Assembly: GCA_964106915.2 (NCBI GenBank)
Contig: OZ066914.1
Reading direction: 5' to 3' (one strand)
Source: Podarcis gaigeae
Taxonomy: Eukaryota
Length of the DNA: 64,000 nucleotides
Shown: positions 1 to 13,085 of the stretch, in pieces
Layout of the letters: every line of letters starts with the position of its first letter
Numbering within the stretch: the stretch's first letter is position 1
Program-made: the position numbers and the translations under genes
Notes under the pieces: generated by a model
What the model saw: the letters and a program-made list of their open reading frames with translations, nothing else
The model's database searches: none
Told to the model about the DNA's origin: nothing

Positions 1-649
1 ACTTGCAGACTGTTACATTATTTGTTCTAACTCAACCACTGTAACTATAACTTCAGCTTTCATTTTGAAAGCGATTTAAAATGTATCCTATACTCAGAGA
101 CAGTAGTGAAATTTGTCCCCAAATGCTATCAATTAATTGAACATTAAAACCCCCAATAAATGTCAGACACTTTTGTAGCCTGGGGGCCTTTGCAAAATCT
201 GTTGCATCTCTTCTGTAGCATAGATAATGTCTTAATGGACAAAAAGCATATCTTAAGATATCAAAAAGGTAAAGCAAATTGTTGTACTGGAAACTTCACT
301 GCACTGCCCTAAGCCTTATTCTTTATGTAACTAATGCATTTGAAGTAAATCTAGAGAATATTCATACATTTCACATACACACAGTTTGAACCTTAGGACC
401 AGTTCACACAGGACAGTCAGTTTTGGAGTGTGTAGGACTTCCTTCAGGCTATGGTGGGCTTGCAGAGAGGATGCTGTTTGCCTTAGCTGGTACCTTCTCA
501 TAGCTGTACATGCAGCCACCGGTGATGGTGCTTTAGCAACTGCCACCTTCAAGGAAATAACAATGTCAATACAAGGTATTCATTCATTCAAATGATATTC
601 CTGTGCAAGTGTAGCATTTCACTTCATGTTAACTTTTAGTTTTTCTTAT

Positions 650-730
650 TTTGTTTTATTGTTGTGGTTATTATTTATTCAATTTGTATACTGCCCTTCA
701 TCTGAAGATCCCAGGGCAGTTCACAACAGA
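650..730 (-). mobile_element. L2/SINE-type 3' tail fragment
   Basis: TTA-rich tract followed by TTTATTCAATTTGTATACTGCCC...CCCAGGGCAGTTCACAACA, resembling the L2 3' end at 29657-29720. Confidence 0.4.
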
Positions 731-1038
731 AAATCAAAAAATGAGAATACCAGAAACATATTAAAACAAAAACCAAACCAAGAACTCCCCTTCCCACAAA
801 CACATATAAAAAGCCATGGAATGTAGGCGTTCCGGACAAGTGGAATAGACCACAGCAGCTCCCCCTCCTCGACCCTCAAGTCTGCCCTGATGCTGCACTG
901 ACTATCCAGGTGGGCACAGCTGCATGAGACCAACTCAACTCTGCTCACCCATGCAGGTCACAGTCATACAGACCAGATCAGCCTCCTCATCCACAGTCAA
1001 ATCATGTATAAATGAGATCTTACTCAGTTGACCTGGCA

Positions 1039-1896
1039 TTCAGCAACAGCAGCTGCAGACCCGAGGACTGACTGAGAGGACAACTCCCCTGGTTAGAAGA
1101 GGGGATTGCGTGGCGATACCCGCCCCCTCCCACAGATGAAGTAAATAAAGACACCGGACACCAGAATTAAGGTTGATGGGCGAAAATGGCCACAACTTTA
1201 TTGATTACAGGTAAGAGCGGTATTGGCCTTAGGCATTGGCCCCTAACAGACTATCCGGTCTAACCGGGGAGGGTTAATCACCAACAGGGGGAGCCCCCCA
1301 GATGTACATCCGTAGGTGCTCCCCAAGGGGTTACCGCTCGGGAGCGCGCTTTAGGCCCTAGCCTCTGTAGGTTTCGGACGAGGCGACGCCCCCCGGAGTC
1401 CTTTAACGAACTACCCTCCAAGCATTGGGGGAGGTGATGGCGATCCTCCCCCCCGACCTCATTTGCATAACAATTACCCTGGCCAATGCCTAACCGCCAA
1501 AACCAAAGAGTTGTGACGTTTTGCTACGAGGTAGGCGAAAAAACCAAGTGGCTTCAAAATTCAGCCAATTAGCCAAATGGAAAAATTCCTACCAGGCCCC
1601 TTGCAGCGACCAGCCGAAGCCCATAGCAAAGTCCACATGCCTGCCTAAAGGGTGGGGGGTGGGTGGGAAATCGCGGCTGCTGCAGAGGAGGAAAAGGGGT
1701 GAGCCCGGGTCGCCCTGGCCTTAAGTGCCCCCTGGTAGCCCCGCCCCCCGCGCCAGCCATTGGCTGGCACTCCCAGAATTGAATATTGATGAGTTCCCTG
1801 ACTCTCGCGGGGACGAGCCAGCCCCGCGATAGTGCGGGTGGGGGGCGCGCGCCCGCAACCCCACCCCCTCCGTAGTTCGGGAGTGGCTTTGGCACA
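1039..1896 (-). mobile_element. CpG-rich LTR-like element (candidate solo LTR) upstream of TOLLIP exon 2 (presumed intron 1)
   Basis: Abrupt GC/CpG-rich block in AT-rich DNA. Candidate 5-bp target-site duplication TGGCA (1034-1038 and 1897-1901). The minus strand starts TGTGCC and has CCAAT (1759-1763) and GC-box motifs, then AATAAA (plus TTTATT, 1197-1202). The left end is TT rather than TG, so boundaries and class are uncertain. Confidence 0.45.
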
Positions 1897-4619
1897 TGGC
1901 ACAGTCACTAACTGCCACGTTTCTATTACCTAGCCTGTCCTGTCTCCCACAACCCCTACCCTGAACCACTGTGATTGCCCCCCCCGCCCCATTCTTCCCA
2001 ACTAATCTCTTCCCAGGCACATCCCATGTCTTTCAGTTAAAAGCAACAAAACCCCAAATTTAAACCAAGTTAAAAAGTAGTTGAAAACCATTTAAAACAA
2101 CTCGAGTAATAATAATAACAAGACCCACTAAGCAATACCCAACCCAAGAGCCCATTCAGGTGTCTCAGCTTTTGTTCTGCAGTTAGTCTGGGCCATACCC
2201 TCCTAGGCTTGGCAGAAGAGGCCTGCAAGGCAGGGAGCAGTTCCCCCAAGACCCACAGCCAATATGGCCTTTGAAGGTATATTGCCTTCAAAGGCAGTTA
2301 ATCTGACAACCATTTTTCCTCTTCTGTAATGATACTTTCCCCCATTGCTAGGCAAGGACAGTCTGCTTTGGAAATGCATTGTGTGGGAATTCAGAATTCT
2401 TTGAGATCAGTTTGCTTATCTGTAATGGCACTATACTATTTCATGTGGATTTTAGCTTATTTCAAAAAGTATGTGGGGGTTGACAGTGCAAAACTACCCA
2501 TAAAAAGGGTTATTTTAGAAGAAATAATATGGTCAAAAGATTTTTAAAAATCTTGTACAGTACCTTTAAATAACAAGACTATGTTTGCACTTCTCTGCAG
2601 CTGTGAGTGAACAAATAGTTGAGCTTTGCGGTTCTCATGAACTGGCTCTAATTAGCATACCAAACAGATTTTGAGATGGATATACTCCTTTACGTGCCTT
2701 TCTAAACTGTTCTTAAAATAAATACTTGTAGTTTGTGGCTTCATTAACAATCTAACAATTACATGTATTACAGATAACCCAGTTCCACAAACGTAAGAGA
2801 TGGAAATACATACAAGATGTTTCTAGTTCTAACTAATAGGTGAGGGAAATGCCTTTCATGTAAATGACAGCACAAATGCTATTTTTACAACTCAAGTAAC
2901 ATAGCTTTGAAAAAAACATAGTTCCCTCATGCATTTAAAGTATGAGATTGGAGACATCCAATGTAGACTGCAGGTTTGGAGCCTTAGTACTAATCTATAA
3001 ATGTCTACTCAGAACCCTACATTCACCAACTGGAGCCGGGTGCAGATTTGTGGCAGGGTGGGGGACATACACTTAGAACTGAGCTAGAGTGTGTCGAAGC
3101 CCATTCTCAATCAAGGAAGTTGTTTTTAGTAGCAGAACTGAGCCATTACACATAAAAATCCATTCCTAGTTTCTCCTCCTCCTTGCCCAAGATTTCTTCA
3201 CTTCAGCAAACAAATTTAAGGGGGTTCCTTTTTTGTTACAGTTGTTTAAAGTGATGGGAGATTAAGCTTTTATACTTACGCTGCCAGTCACCCACATGTT
3301 AGGTAATAGAGCCTCATCTATCTTCTGCCCACCTTGATATAAGGTGCTGCTTTCAATTCTCTGCAATTTTCAGAGAACTCTGGGGAATCTCTCTGCTGCT
3401 GTGCGCCCTGCTGTGCCAGAGGGACAGGGACAGTTTCGCCTGGGGAGTAGATTTATGGAGGCTTAAACTGAGAAGACTTGTAAAGTCTGCTTTTCTAGTT
3501 TTTATCTCTGTACGTTGCTAGACAGGTACACTCTGTATAATCTCTGCTGCTTTTTGGTTGAAGTTACTGTTTGGTGTTTTGTTTTTTTAAGCATGTATGC
3601 ATGCTTCAGTTGGAGCTTAGAAAAAAACTTGGCTTGAAAGCTCTTTAAAAACAAAGTTCATTGCTCGTATTTAGAACTTCAAAAAAATATCCTGCTGTGC
3701 TCTTGTGTTCAGCTAGTGGAGTGAGAAGGCACTCAGCTTTTTAGGATAATAGGTAAATTGTAAGTTTAGAAAATAGTAGAGGTATGTGGCTCGGGGGATG
3801 TATTAGTAGTCTGTGTTACAGGCACATTCAATAAGTATTAATAGGATTTATATTTTACATAATACTAGCAATGCAGTTGGGGCATGCAATCCAATAAACA
3901 GAACCCTCTCAAAATACAGAATAGGGTGGTTTTGAGATAATAAGGAAAGAGTTGTAGTGTACAGAAGAGGACTTCTTTTGTGCATCATAGATCCGGTTTT
4001 GAATGTGTGCACAAACAATCAGTATAAAAATAGTATAAAAAAATATAAATACAAGTTAAGTAAAGCAACTTTACAGAAGCATATTTTCCTTCCTGTTCTA
4101 TCCTACCCCCATCCCCAACCTGGGCAGCCATCTGGGTAATGGTGGTTGGGGCTGAAGAGGTGCTATTCAGGAAGGATGGTCCAAATCAGATAGAAGTCTG
4201 CCTGATTTTGGACAATTTTCCCCTCCTTCAGCAGCCTCCTTCAATTAACTTAACATTAGGCTGTTTAGGATCCAAGCTTTTGTTGTTGTCTTGAATGATC
4301 TTACTGTGTTCAAATATCATGTTTCTTTAGTGTTATGCAAAAACAAGTGAAAGTTTTATAAATAAATAAATAAATAAAGGATTCTCCTAAGTTGTATCCT
4401 ATATCAGTTGTCAAATTCAGAAGATTCAGTTTTGGTTATAATCAAAGATATTGTGATGTTCAGATTTTGTGCACTTTAACAGTAGCCTATTATTATCATT
4501 AAAAATACGCTTATATAGCACTTCATGTCACAAGTGACTTCAAAGCTATTTACAGTTTAAAAAACATTATAAATCACAGAACAACATTAAGGGAGCAGTA
4601 AAAGAAAGAATCGAACCTT

Positions 4620-4800
4620 AAACCAGTTACATAATGTTGACAACACTCCACTTACTTTATTTATCCTATAATATAAGTTAGTATCACCCCAAGCTTGCAG
4701 GTAAGGAACAGAGATGGAGAGATAGTGACTTGCCTAAAGGTAATTGCAGGGGTAAAATTTGATCCAAAGGTTAACTCATAGCTCAGGGGGCTATGCAGTT
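4620..4800 (-). mobile_element. Degenerate MIR/CORE-like SINE
   Basis: ATCACCCC...GCAGGTAAGGAACAGAG...GTGACTTGCCTAAAGG resembles a reverse-oriented MIR-type core. Highly decayed. Confidence 0.35.
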
Positions 4801-5287
4801 GTGGTGTCCTGCTTCCAGAATGGACTTAAGCTCGCACAAACTTCTTCACCCTGCAGCCGTCAGCAACCTCCCAACCAACATTTTGCTGGCACAATATTGG
4901 TTTCCACCCTTTGTCTCTTACCCAGTGTACTGTACCAACTCTATAGCACTGTGTACTTTTTGGGCCTTTTGTTGAATTCCTGGTTCTCATTTTTGATAGG
5001 GTCCCCCCCACCTTTTAATATGGATCTTTACTTTTTCCATTGTATTTTTCATAATTGTAAATTAATTATGTTATACACTGTCAATATTGAAGAATCTTAA
5101 CTTTGATGGACTTTTGTGGTACAACTTCCAAACCGCAGTTTTTGACAAACAGCATCTAGTCTATGAATCTTATGTAGAAGCCAATTTCTTAAGTGGGCTA
5201 GCTTGTTTTTGCTTATTAGGAAAATCAGTGTGTGTGTTAAAGACTATTTGGACTGCTGGATGGGGGTAACACCATTGGTATTGCCAT

Positions 5288-6443
5288 TTTTTGATGGAAT
5301 TAAAAACTTGGTGGATCAGAGAAATGCTGTGGACATAGTGTATCTTGATTTCAGTAAGGCTTTTGAAAAAGTACCCCATGATATTCTTGTGAGGAAGCTG
5401 GTAAAATGTGGGTTGAACAAGGTAACTGTTAGGTGGATTTATAGCTGGTTGACTGACCAAAAACCCAAAGAGAACTCATTAATGGTTCCTCGTCATCCTG
5501 GAAAAAAAGTGAAAAGTGGGGTGCTGCAGCATTCTGTCCTGGGTCTGTTGTTCAGCTTGGATGAAGGAATTGAGGGGGTGCTCATCAAATTTGCTGATGA
5601 CACTAAACTGGGAAGGGTAGCTAAAGCAGCAGAAGACAGAATCAGAATTCAAAATGACCTTAACAGATTGGAGAACTGAGCGCAAGCTAACAAAATGAAT
5701 TTCAGTAGGGACAGATGTAACTTTGGACGGAAGAACCAGATGCACTAATATAGGATGGGGGACACCTGGCTTACTAGCAGTACATGTGAAAAGGATCTAG
5801 GGGTCTTGGTGGACCACAAGCTTAACATGGGTCAATAGTGTGATGCTGCAGCAAAAAAAAGCTAATGCTGTTTTGGCCTGCATCAACAGAAGTATAGTGT
5901 CCAGATCAAGGGAAGTAATAGTACCACTGCATTCTGCCTTAGTCAGACCACACTTGGAATACTGTGTCCAGTTCTGGGCACCATAATTTAAGAAGGATGT
6001 TGACAAGCTGGAACATGTACAGACGAGGGCAACCAAGATGATCAAGGGTCTGGAAACTAAACCTTATGAGGAACACTTGAAGGAGCTGGGTATGCTTAGC
6101 CTGAAAAAGAGGAGACTAAGAGGAGATATGATAGCTTAAGGGCTGTCACATGATGGGGGATCATGCTTGTTTTCTCCTGCTCAGGAAGGTAGGACTCGAA
6201 CCAATGGCTTCAAGTTGCATGAAAGGAGATTCTGACTAAACATTCTGAAAAACTTTCTGACACTAAGAGCTGTTCATCGGTGGAACAGACTCCCACAAGA
6301 GGTGGTGGACTCTCCTTCCTTGGAGGTTTTTAAACAGAGATTGGATGGCCATGTGTCATGGATGCTTTAGCTGAGATTCCTGCATTGCAGGGGGTTGGAC
6401 CAGATTTCCCTTGATGTCCCTTCCAACTCTAAGATTCTGTGAT
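5288..6443 (+). mobile_element. 5'-truncated, inactivated CR1 LINE (ORF2 reverse-transcriptase C-terminal part and 3' UTR)
   Basis: Translation contains the CR1 RT motifs VDIVYLDFSKAF and LIKFADDTKLG. There is an in-frame stop at 5677-5679 and frameshifts. It ends in the CR1 terminal motif TTCCAACTCTAAGATTCTGTGA (6421-6442). Confidence 0.93.
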
Positions 6444-8941
6444 AGTTGTGACCTATAATTTGTTTTTCTGCCTTGTGTGTAAAACCAATTGAGAGTGCAT
6501 TTCATTCTGGTTCTCAAGCATAAATACAAGTTTCCCTCCTGCATACTGCTTAAATGTCTGTGCAGTATCGTACAGAGGTTTTACAAGTTACTTCTGTCCT
6601 CTCTCTGAAACTGAACTGAGAGGTGAGTAACATGAAACAGAGGATGAAAGTGTTTTTAAAGTAGACATTTTTGCAGAGCAAATGATCATATAGAGCAATT
6701 TGGACTTGTTATTTATATAACTTAAGGTGATAATTTTGATAATACTGTGTAACTAAGATAAGACTGTCTTATTTTACAAGTTTGTAACCAGAATAGGTCT
6801 TTCCTTACACAACTTTACAATATGTTTTAAAAAATAAATGTTCATTTTATTTTAAATTGATAGACATTTTTCTTCATCTTTATTCTTAACATTAGTTTCT
6901 AGTCTGAAGCATTTGCATATTGTAGGACAGTATTCTTATTTAGCAGAATCATCAGAAAACAAGATGTTCTAGATCCAGCTGTTTGGCAGGCAGTAAAGAG
7001 TGATATGGAGTTAATGCAGGACAATTTGTCAGTGGTCTGTTTCCAAGAATGATTCAAAGTGGTGATTTTAACTTTTAAAGCCCAAGGAGCTTGAGGCCTG
7101 GATATCTTAAGTACCAATCCCCCCTCCCCCCACAAGCCTCCCCATGCATTAAGATCTGTCTTGGAGGCTCTTCTCTGGATACCATAGGTAAGAGAGATGG
7201 TGACTGGAGATATGGCCATTTCAGTAGTGCTGTCCTGACTTTTGATTTTGTCCTTGGTGAAGGTTTATTTAGCACAGGAAAAACTCATTTCCTGGTTATG
7301 ATGTTTGCAGTTCTTGCATTATGTCTTATTTTGTTATTGTGTTCTAAACTGATTTTACTGCTTGCGAATTTTAACTGGTTTTGTAAATGAGTTGCTCTGG
7401 GAATTCTCTGGATTAAAAAATACATATGTTCAGATAAACTTTAGTTTTTCAGACACTTTTCTAGGGACAATGAAAGGCATACTAGTAATGGATGAGGAAT
7501 TCAATACTATGCTGCTAGTGATATAGTTGGTCATAGTGTCAATGTTAACTGCCAGGGGAAGTTGAGGAAAATCACTTGCAAAAATGTTTCCTTTAAAGGC
7601 AAGAATGCTTTTTCCATTACAGAATCCACAACATATTGAGATGTCTTTGTATGTTACTTGGGGGTTTTTCATGCTTAGCTGTGATATTCTTGATACTCTT
7701 GAAGGAGCCCTAAACTAGTCTTTGTAGGACAGCAGTATTCCTCCTCTTGAAACTTCTTCAGTGCATTTCAGCTCCTACCAGCTGCATTTAATTTTGCTGC
7801 GGGTCCGGAGGCAGAAGCAGGAGCTGCTGCTTCTGCTAATTAAATTTTGTGTTAACTCCTACACTCCAAAGATGTTATCTTGGAGAACATGAGTAGCTCT
7901 CTGCCATATTAAAAAACTGTAGCCCAAGGCCTATATATCCCTGGAAACGATGCTATTTATGAAGACATGTATTTGAGTTGAGAATTCTAGGGTAGGGTTG
8001 CCGTATTTCAGAAAGTAAAAACCAGGGCACCGAAGGTTGTTGAGCTTGCCTGTTACGATTGTCTTTTGTTAGAATCCCTAACATGTTACCTCATTTAGTA
8101 TAGCAAAAGACTGGTACAGTGTTAAAGTAGGCTTTACCTATGATCTACAGTTTTAGAACTCTTGGCATTGTGGAATATTAAATAAGCACAGTTTTCTACC
8201 TTTCCTTTATGTAGGAATCTTGCTCATGTGGCTACTTCAACCCTTGTTTCTAAATTTACTCTGTAATCAGAATCTCGAATTTCATAAATGTTGGTATGCC
8301 AATGAGCAGGAGTATTGCAGAATAAAGTTTCATATGAAAAAAGGGGTTGAAATTTTGGTGCACATTTGTTTGCATAATTTTCACAAAAGTAAACATATAC
8401 TGTAATCCTTCACTGTATTCCCCCCCCCCCAATAGTAAACACTGTCGCCAAATTGCAGCCACTTACCATTTACAGATTCCTTTCTATAAATAAATGAAAA
8501 TGGTTGGGGCAAAAAAAAACAACTACAGTACCAAGTAAACCAACTGAATATTACAAATGAGAGAACTGACCCAGAGAAGTAGGTAGCTACTTTTCTTTTG
8601 AAATATACCACACATAGCTTTATTTTGGGGACATTTTACTACCTCAAGAAGCATTTGAATTTGGCTTGGGGTAGAAAAATACCCCCTAAAGTTTTCTTAC
8701 ATTACTTTCTTAGTTTCTGTTTACCATGTTGGGGTAAAAAGAGCAAACTTGTTGAAACAAGCAGATTATTAGTACTCTGCTCCTGTCGCAAAACACATGT
8801 ACCTTTTTTTGAGACCCAAGCTACATTGTAGGCACACTTTGTTAAAAAATACTCCACAAAATTTTGTATCTGGGTTTTTTATTGGATGACTTATAAAAAT
8901 TCATCTCATTTTTCTTTCTTCCAATCCTAAAGAGGCATAGC

Positions 8942-9087
8942 CAGTGCTTTTTCTCTGGGAGTACGCAGGGGTACGCATACCCCTAAACATTTTGTGAATC
9001 TACATCTGGCCTCATTGAGGGGCAGTATTTCAATATGAGTAGGAAAATGAGAGTACCCTTAAACATTTTTTTAGAAAAAAAGTACTG
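8942..9087. mobile_element. hAT-type MITE
   Basis: Terminal inverted repeats CAGTGCTTTTTCT / AGAAAAAAAGTACTG. Degenerate 8-bp TSD GGCATAGC (8934-8941) / GAGATAGC (9088-9095). Confidence 0.7.
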
Positions 9088-9155
9088 GAGATAGCTAACA
9101 GTCTCTAGCCACGGTTAGATAAATAATAAAATCAACTAAACTTTATCTTTAGCAG

Positions 9156-9272
9156 TTAAGGTTGCTATACGTCCAGACTTTCATGGACATACCCGGAATA
9201 CTACAGTCGGAAGCAGTGTCTGGGTGGAAATCAGCAACATGTCCAGGAAAATCCAGATATATGGCAACCCAT
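9156..9272. mobile_element. Degenerate TAGGGTTGCC-type non-autonomous DNA transposon (related fragment at ~7994-8050)
   Basis: AAGGTTGCTATACGTCCAGA...TCCAGATATATGGCAACCC inverted ends, similar to the ends of the element at 36317-36553. Confidence 0.5.
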
Positions 9273-9600
9273 GTCAGCAGAGTCATTTTTGCCGATTTCC
9301 CTTAAAAATAGTTCGAAAATATCAAATATTTTTGTGTTCTTTCCCAAAAAGCTCAACCCTGCTTTAGCTCTTCAAATTCTCAAATCAGGTATTTCCGTTT
9401 CATTGATGTCCTTTTTACCTGGGGCTTGGGAGTCCTAATCATAGTGGTGTCAATTTTCACAATATTTATTATTAAGGATTTCCATTTCAGATGTCTAAAA
9501 GAGTCAGTTTTGCATTAGTTGTACGTGTCTCATAATGCACCCAGTTTTTCTTGGCAGCTTATGTTGAAGTGGGGTTACAAAGTAGATAGGGGCATACTAG

Positions 9601-9852
<252 letters not shown>

Positions 9853-10793
9853 TGAAATGTACATGTTAGATGTGGCACATGTTCACATTTTGTAGATTCC
9901 TGGGATGTAGTGCTAAATACAGTGTTGTCATAGTTATTATACACAGACGCTGACAGTAGCTTTAAAAAGAATATCACTGGTTCCTGGCTAATAAGCAGTT
10001 TGCATTGATCTTGCAGGGTACAACTAACTGCATACAGTTTTCACTTGCTATTTATGTTCAGAATTGCATGATTTCAGTGCATATTAGTGTAATCTTCCTA
10101 TGAAACCATTCATCAGCATCTACTGTGAAGGTAGTATATAGGAACTGAGAGAACATGTGCTCTCCATCAGTAGGTTTTTCATAATCTAACATCAGACATT
10201 TAACATTTTTGTGGTGGTTTTGAAGTGCTTATTTAGAACATGAAAAGTTTTAGTAGCTCTGTGGTGATTTTGGAGTAACTGGTTCAATGTAACTGGAAAA
10301 TATTTAAATGAAAAAACTTCAAAGATTTTGGAGATTCATTATCTAAGGTTATGCTATTTTTGTCTATGTATACCTTGAAAATGAATGCAGACTTTGTTCT
10401 CACAGCAAATAAACCCTATGAACACGTAAATCAGTTGCTAACAGATTACAAAAAAGCCCTAAACTAAACTTGTACAAATAAATCAATATGAACATCTTTT
10501 TATTATGGCTAGCATTTCTACTTGGACAAAGTAGATCTGTAGTGTTGTGGGCAGAGTGTATTTAAATGGAATCATTGCAGATTTCATTTGAATTGAGGCA
10601 TCGTAACTCATTGAACAGAATGCCTTTATTTGAATCTTTATTCAAATCTACTCTGTTTACAAAATTTTACTTCTCAGTGGTTAATATCACCATTAATATG
10701 CGATTGCAACTAAAAAATGTAGACACTTCAGTCTAGGAAGGTGCATGGAAAGCTAATAACAACATTATTAATTTCCTTTGTCTACTTCCTTAG

Positions 10794-11135
<342 letters not shown>

Positions 11136-11706
11136 TAGTCTGTATTGAGAGCTGAGCCTAAAATAAATACAGAACCTTTGTCTGCTTCCTTAAGCAAAAT
11201 TGGCAAAACACTATGAAATCTGTATCGTTGTGCTTATGGAAGGGCTTTTGATCTGTTCAGTGCCTCTGCTAATGGGGAAAGGAGGGCAGGCAATTGCTTC
11301 CAATTCCAATTCCCCCATGCAGCCTTCTGTGCCTCCCAAAATTAGCTCCAGATAGCAACTCTCACAGAAATTATTTCCCTTTCGCTATAAATGCAAACAC
11401 TTCATATTATCAGTGCAAAAATATAATGTTTTCTTAAACAAAAAAATCAGTTCATGCATCCATCTGGCAGTTACTTTTTTCTCCCAAACTAGGTAGCTCC
11501 TAGTTTTCATGCTGGTAATTCTCCAAGGCAATGTTTCACTTGCATGAATTAGGTTTATTTACTTTAGAGCATGGGTGAGAAGCCTCTTGCTAAGTTAGGC
11601 TTGTCTCGCCTTCCAGTGTAGCCCCACAAGGCTGTTCTCCCTTGGCCACACCACACACACATGTCACTCACCTGACGTCAGGAGCCATAGAGTGGTTTTT
11701 TGATTA

Positions 11707-11958
11707 CAGTGGTACCTCTGGTTGCGAACAGGATCCGTTCCGGAGCCCCCTTCGCAACCTGAAAGGAACGCAACCCATGTCTGCACACACGCAGGTTGCG
11801 ATTCACCGCTTCTTTGCATGCGTGTGACGTCATTTTGCGTGGCTGTGCATGCACGAGCGGCGAAACCTGGAAGTAACCCTTTTCGGTACTTCCGAGCCGC
11901 ACCAGGACACAACTTGAAAACACGCAACCTGAAGCAAACGTAACATGAGGTATGACTG
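11707..11958. mobile_element. Tc1/mariner (pogo/Tigger-like) MITE
   Basis: TA|CAGTGGTACCTC...GAGGTATGACTG|TA: imperfect TIRs with a TA target-site duplication. Related to 43688-43901 and 63456-63597. Confidence 0.85.
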
Positions 11959-12911
11959 TATTCCTCTGTAGCTCTGCCCATCTGTCAAATGTGGTCTACA
12001 GGGGGTTGGCCATAATTTGATCTGACCTGTTCCCATTCTTCTTTAGAGGCTTTAAGTAGCCATCTGTGTGCATTATTGTAATGTTTGTAAAACAAAATCT
12101 TGAGGTTGCAGCCAGTGGTTGAAAAAGCCCATGGCAATTCACACATCCAATATTTTCCCTTATCCTTCTTCTCCCTGTACCTCCCCAAAAACCACTCTCG
12201 AAAGTTGGCAGAACTACTAAACATTTGTGAACGGTGTTGCACAAAGCTATAGTAATAGGGGAAGGGGAGTAGTTGCTTTTTGCTTTGTAATCATTGGATA
12301 CAACGCTTGGAATTCCACACCATTTTAAAATCTCCTTGTTCAGTTCCTGTTTATCTCTTTAACTTATAATGACAATAGAAAAAGTTTGGCACTGGTAAGA
12401 GTCTTTGGGCCAAATTCAGCTAACTAATCCTGTCAGCGGAAAACCACATAAGGATTTCTGCTGGTGCAACAGGGCTTTCCCCCTGCCTCCCTGCCCCAAA
12501 TTGACTTGGGAGAATCCGTAGAACAGCACACTGGTGGAGAGAGGGCAGATCGTTTCATCAAACAAGCAGAAATGCTTGTGCTGATGGACCTAGGCCTATC
12601 TGCTCAGCAATAACTTGAATTGATCCCTTTAATTTTATATTAAATCCACTAGGTTTGAAGAAATGTTACTTTCCAGTTCTTGTGTTTATTTTTCTGTCAA
12701 TCTTAGTGTTCCAAGTTATCCATGAACCATGGTGTTTCTCCTTATGAGTGGATTAGGAAGGACAATTAGCTTACTTTTGAAGAACGGATGAGAACTTTAC
12801 TCCATTGAAAGCACAATTATTTTAACTTTAATGTGAAATAGCAAAATTTTAAAACTGATAGAGACACTTACATTTCTGTCCCTTTAAATTCTTCTCCTCA
12901 TAATTACCTAA

Positions 12912-13085
<174 letters not shown>

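Noticed and set aside
1186-1210. ATG GCC ACA ACT (MATT...) followed by a GTAAG donor, resembling TOLLIP exon 1 (MATTVSTQRGP)
   Set aside because: It continues LLIT, is 25 nt (phase 1) and so is out of frame with phase-0 exon 2, and it lies in a repeat-like block. The true exon 1 is probably upstream of the window.
3374-3525. Possible cassette exon upstream of TOLLIP exon 2 (tttcag...cag|gtac)
   Set aside because: Weak donor, no recognisable coding similarity, and not supportable without transcript data.
5203-5679. 158-aa RT-like ORF as a functional reverse transcriptase
   Set aside because: Truncated CR1 with frameshifts, deletions and a premature stop.
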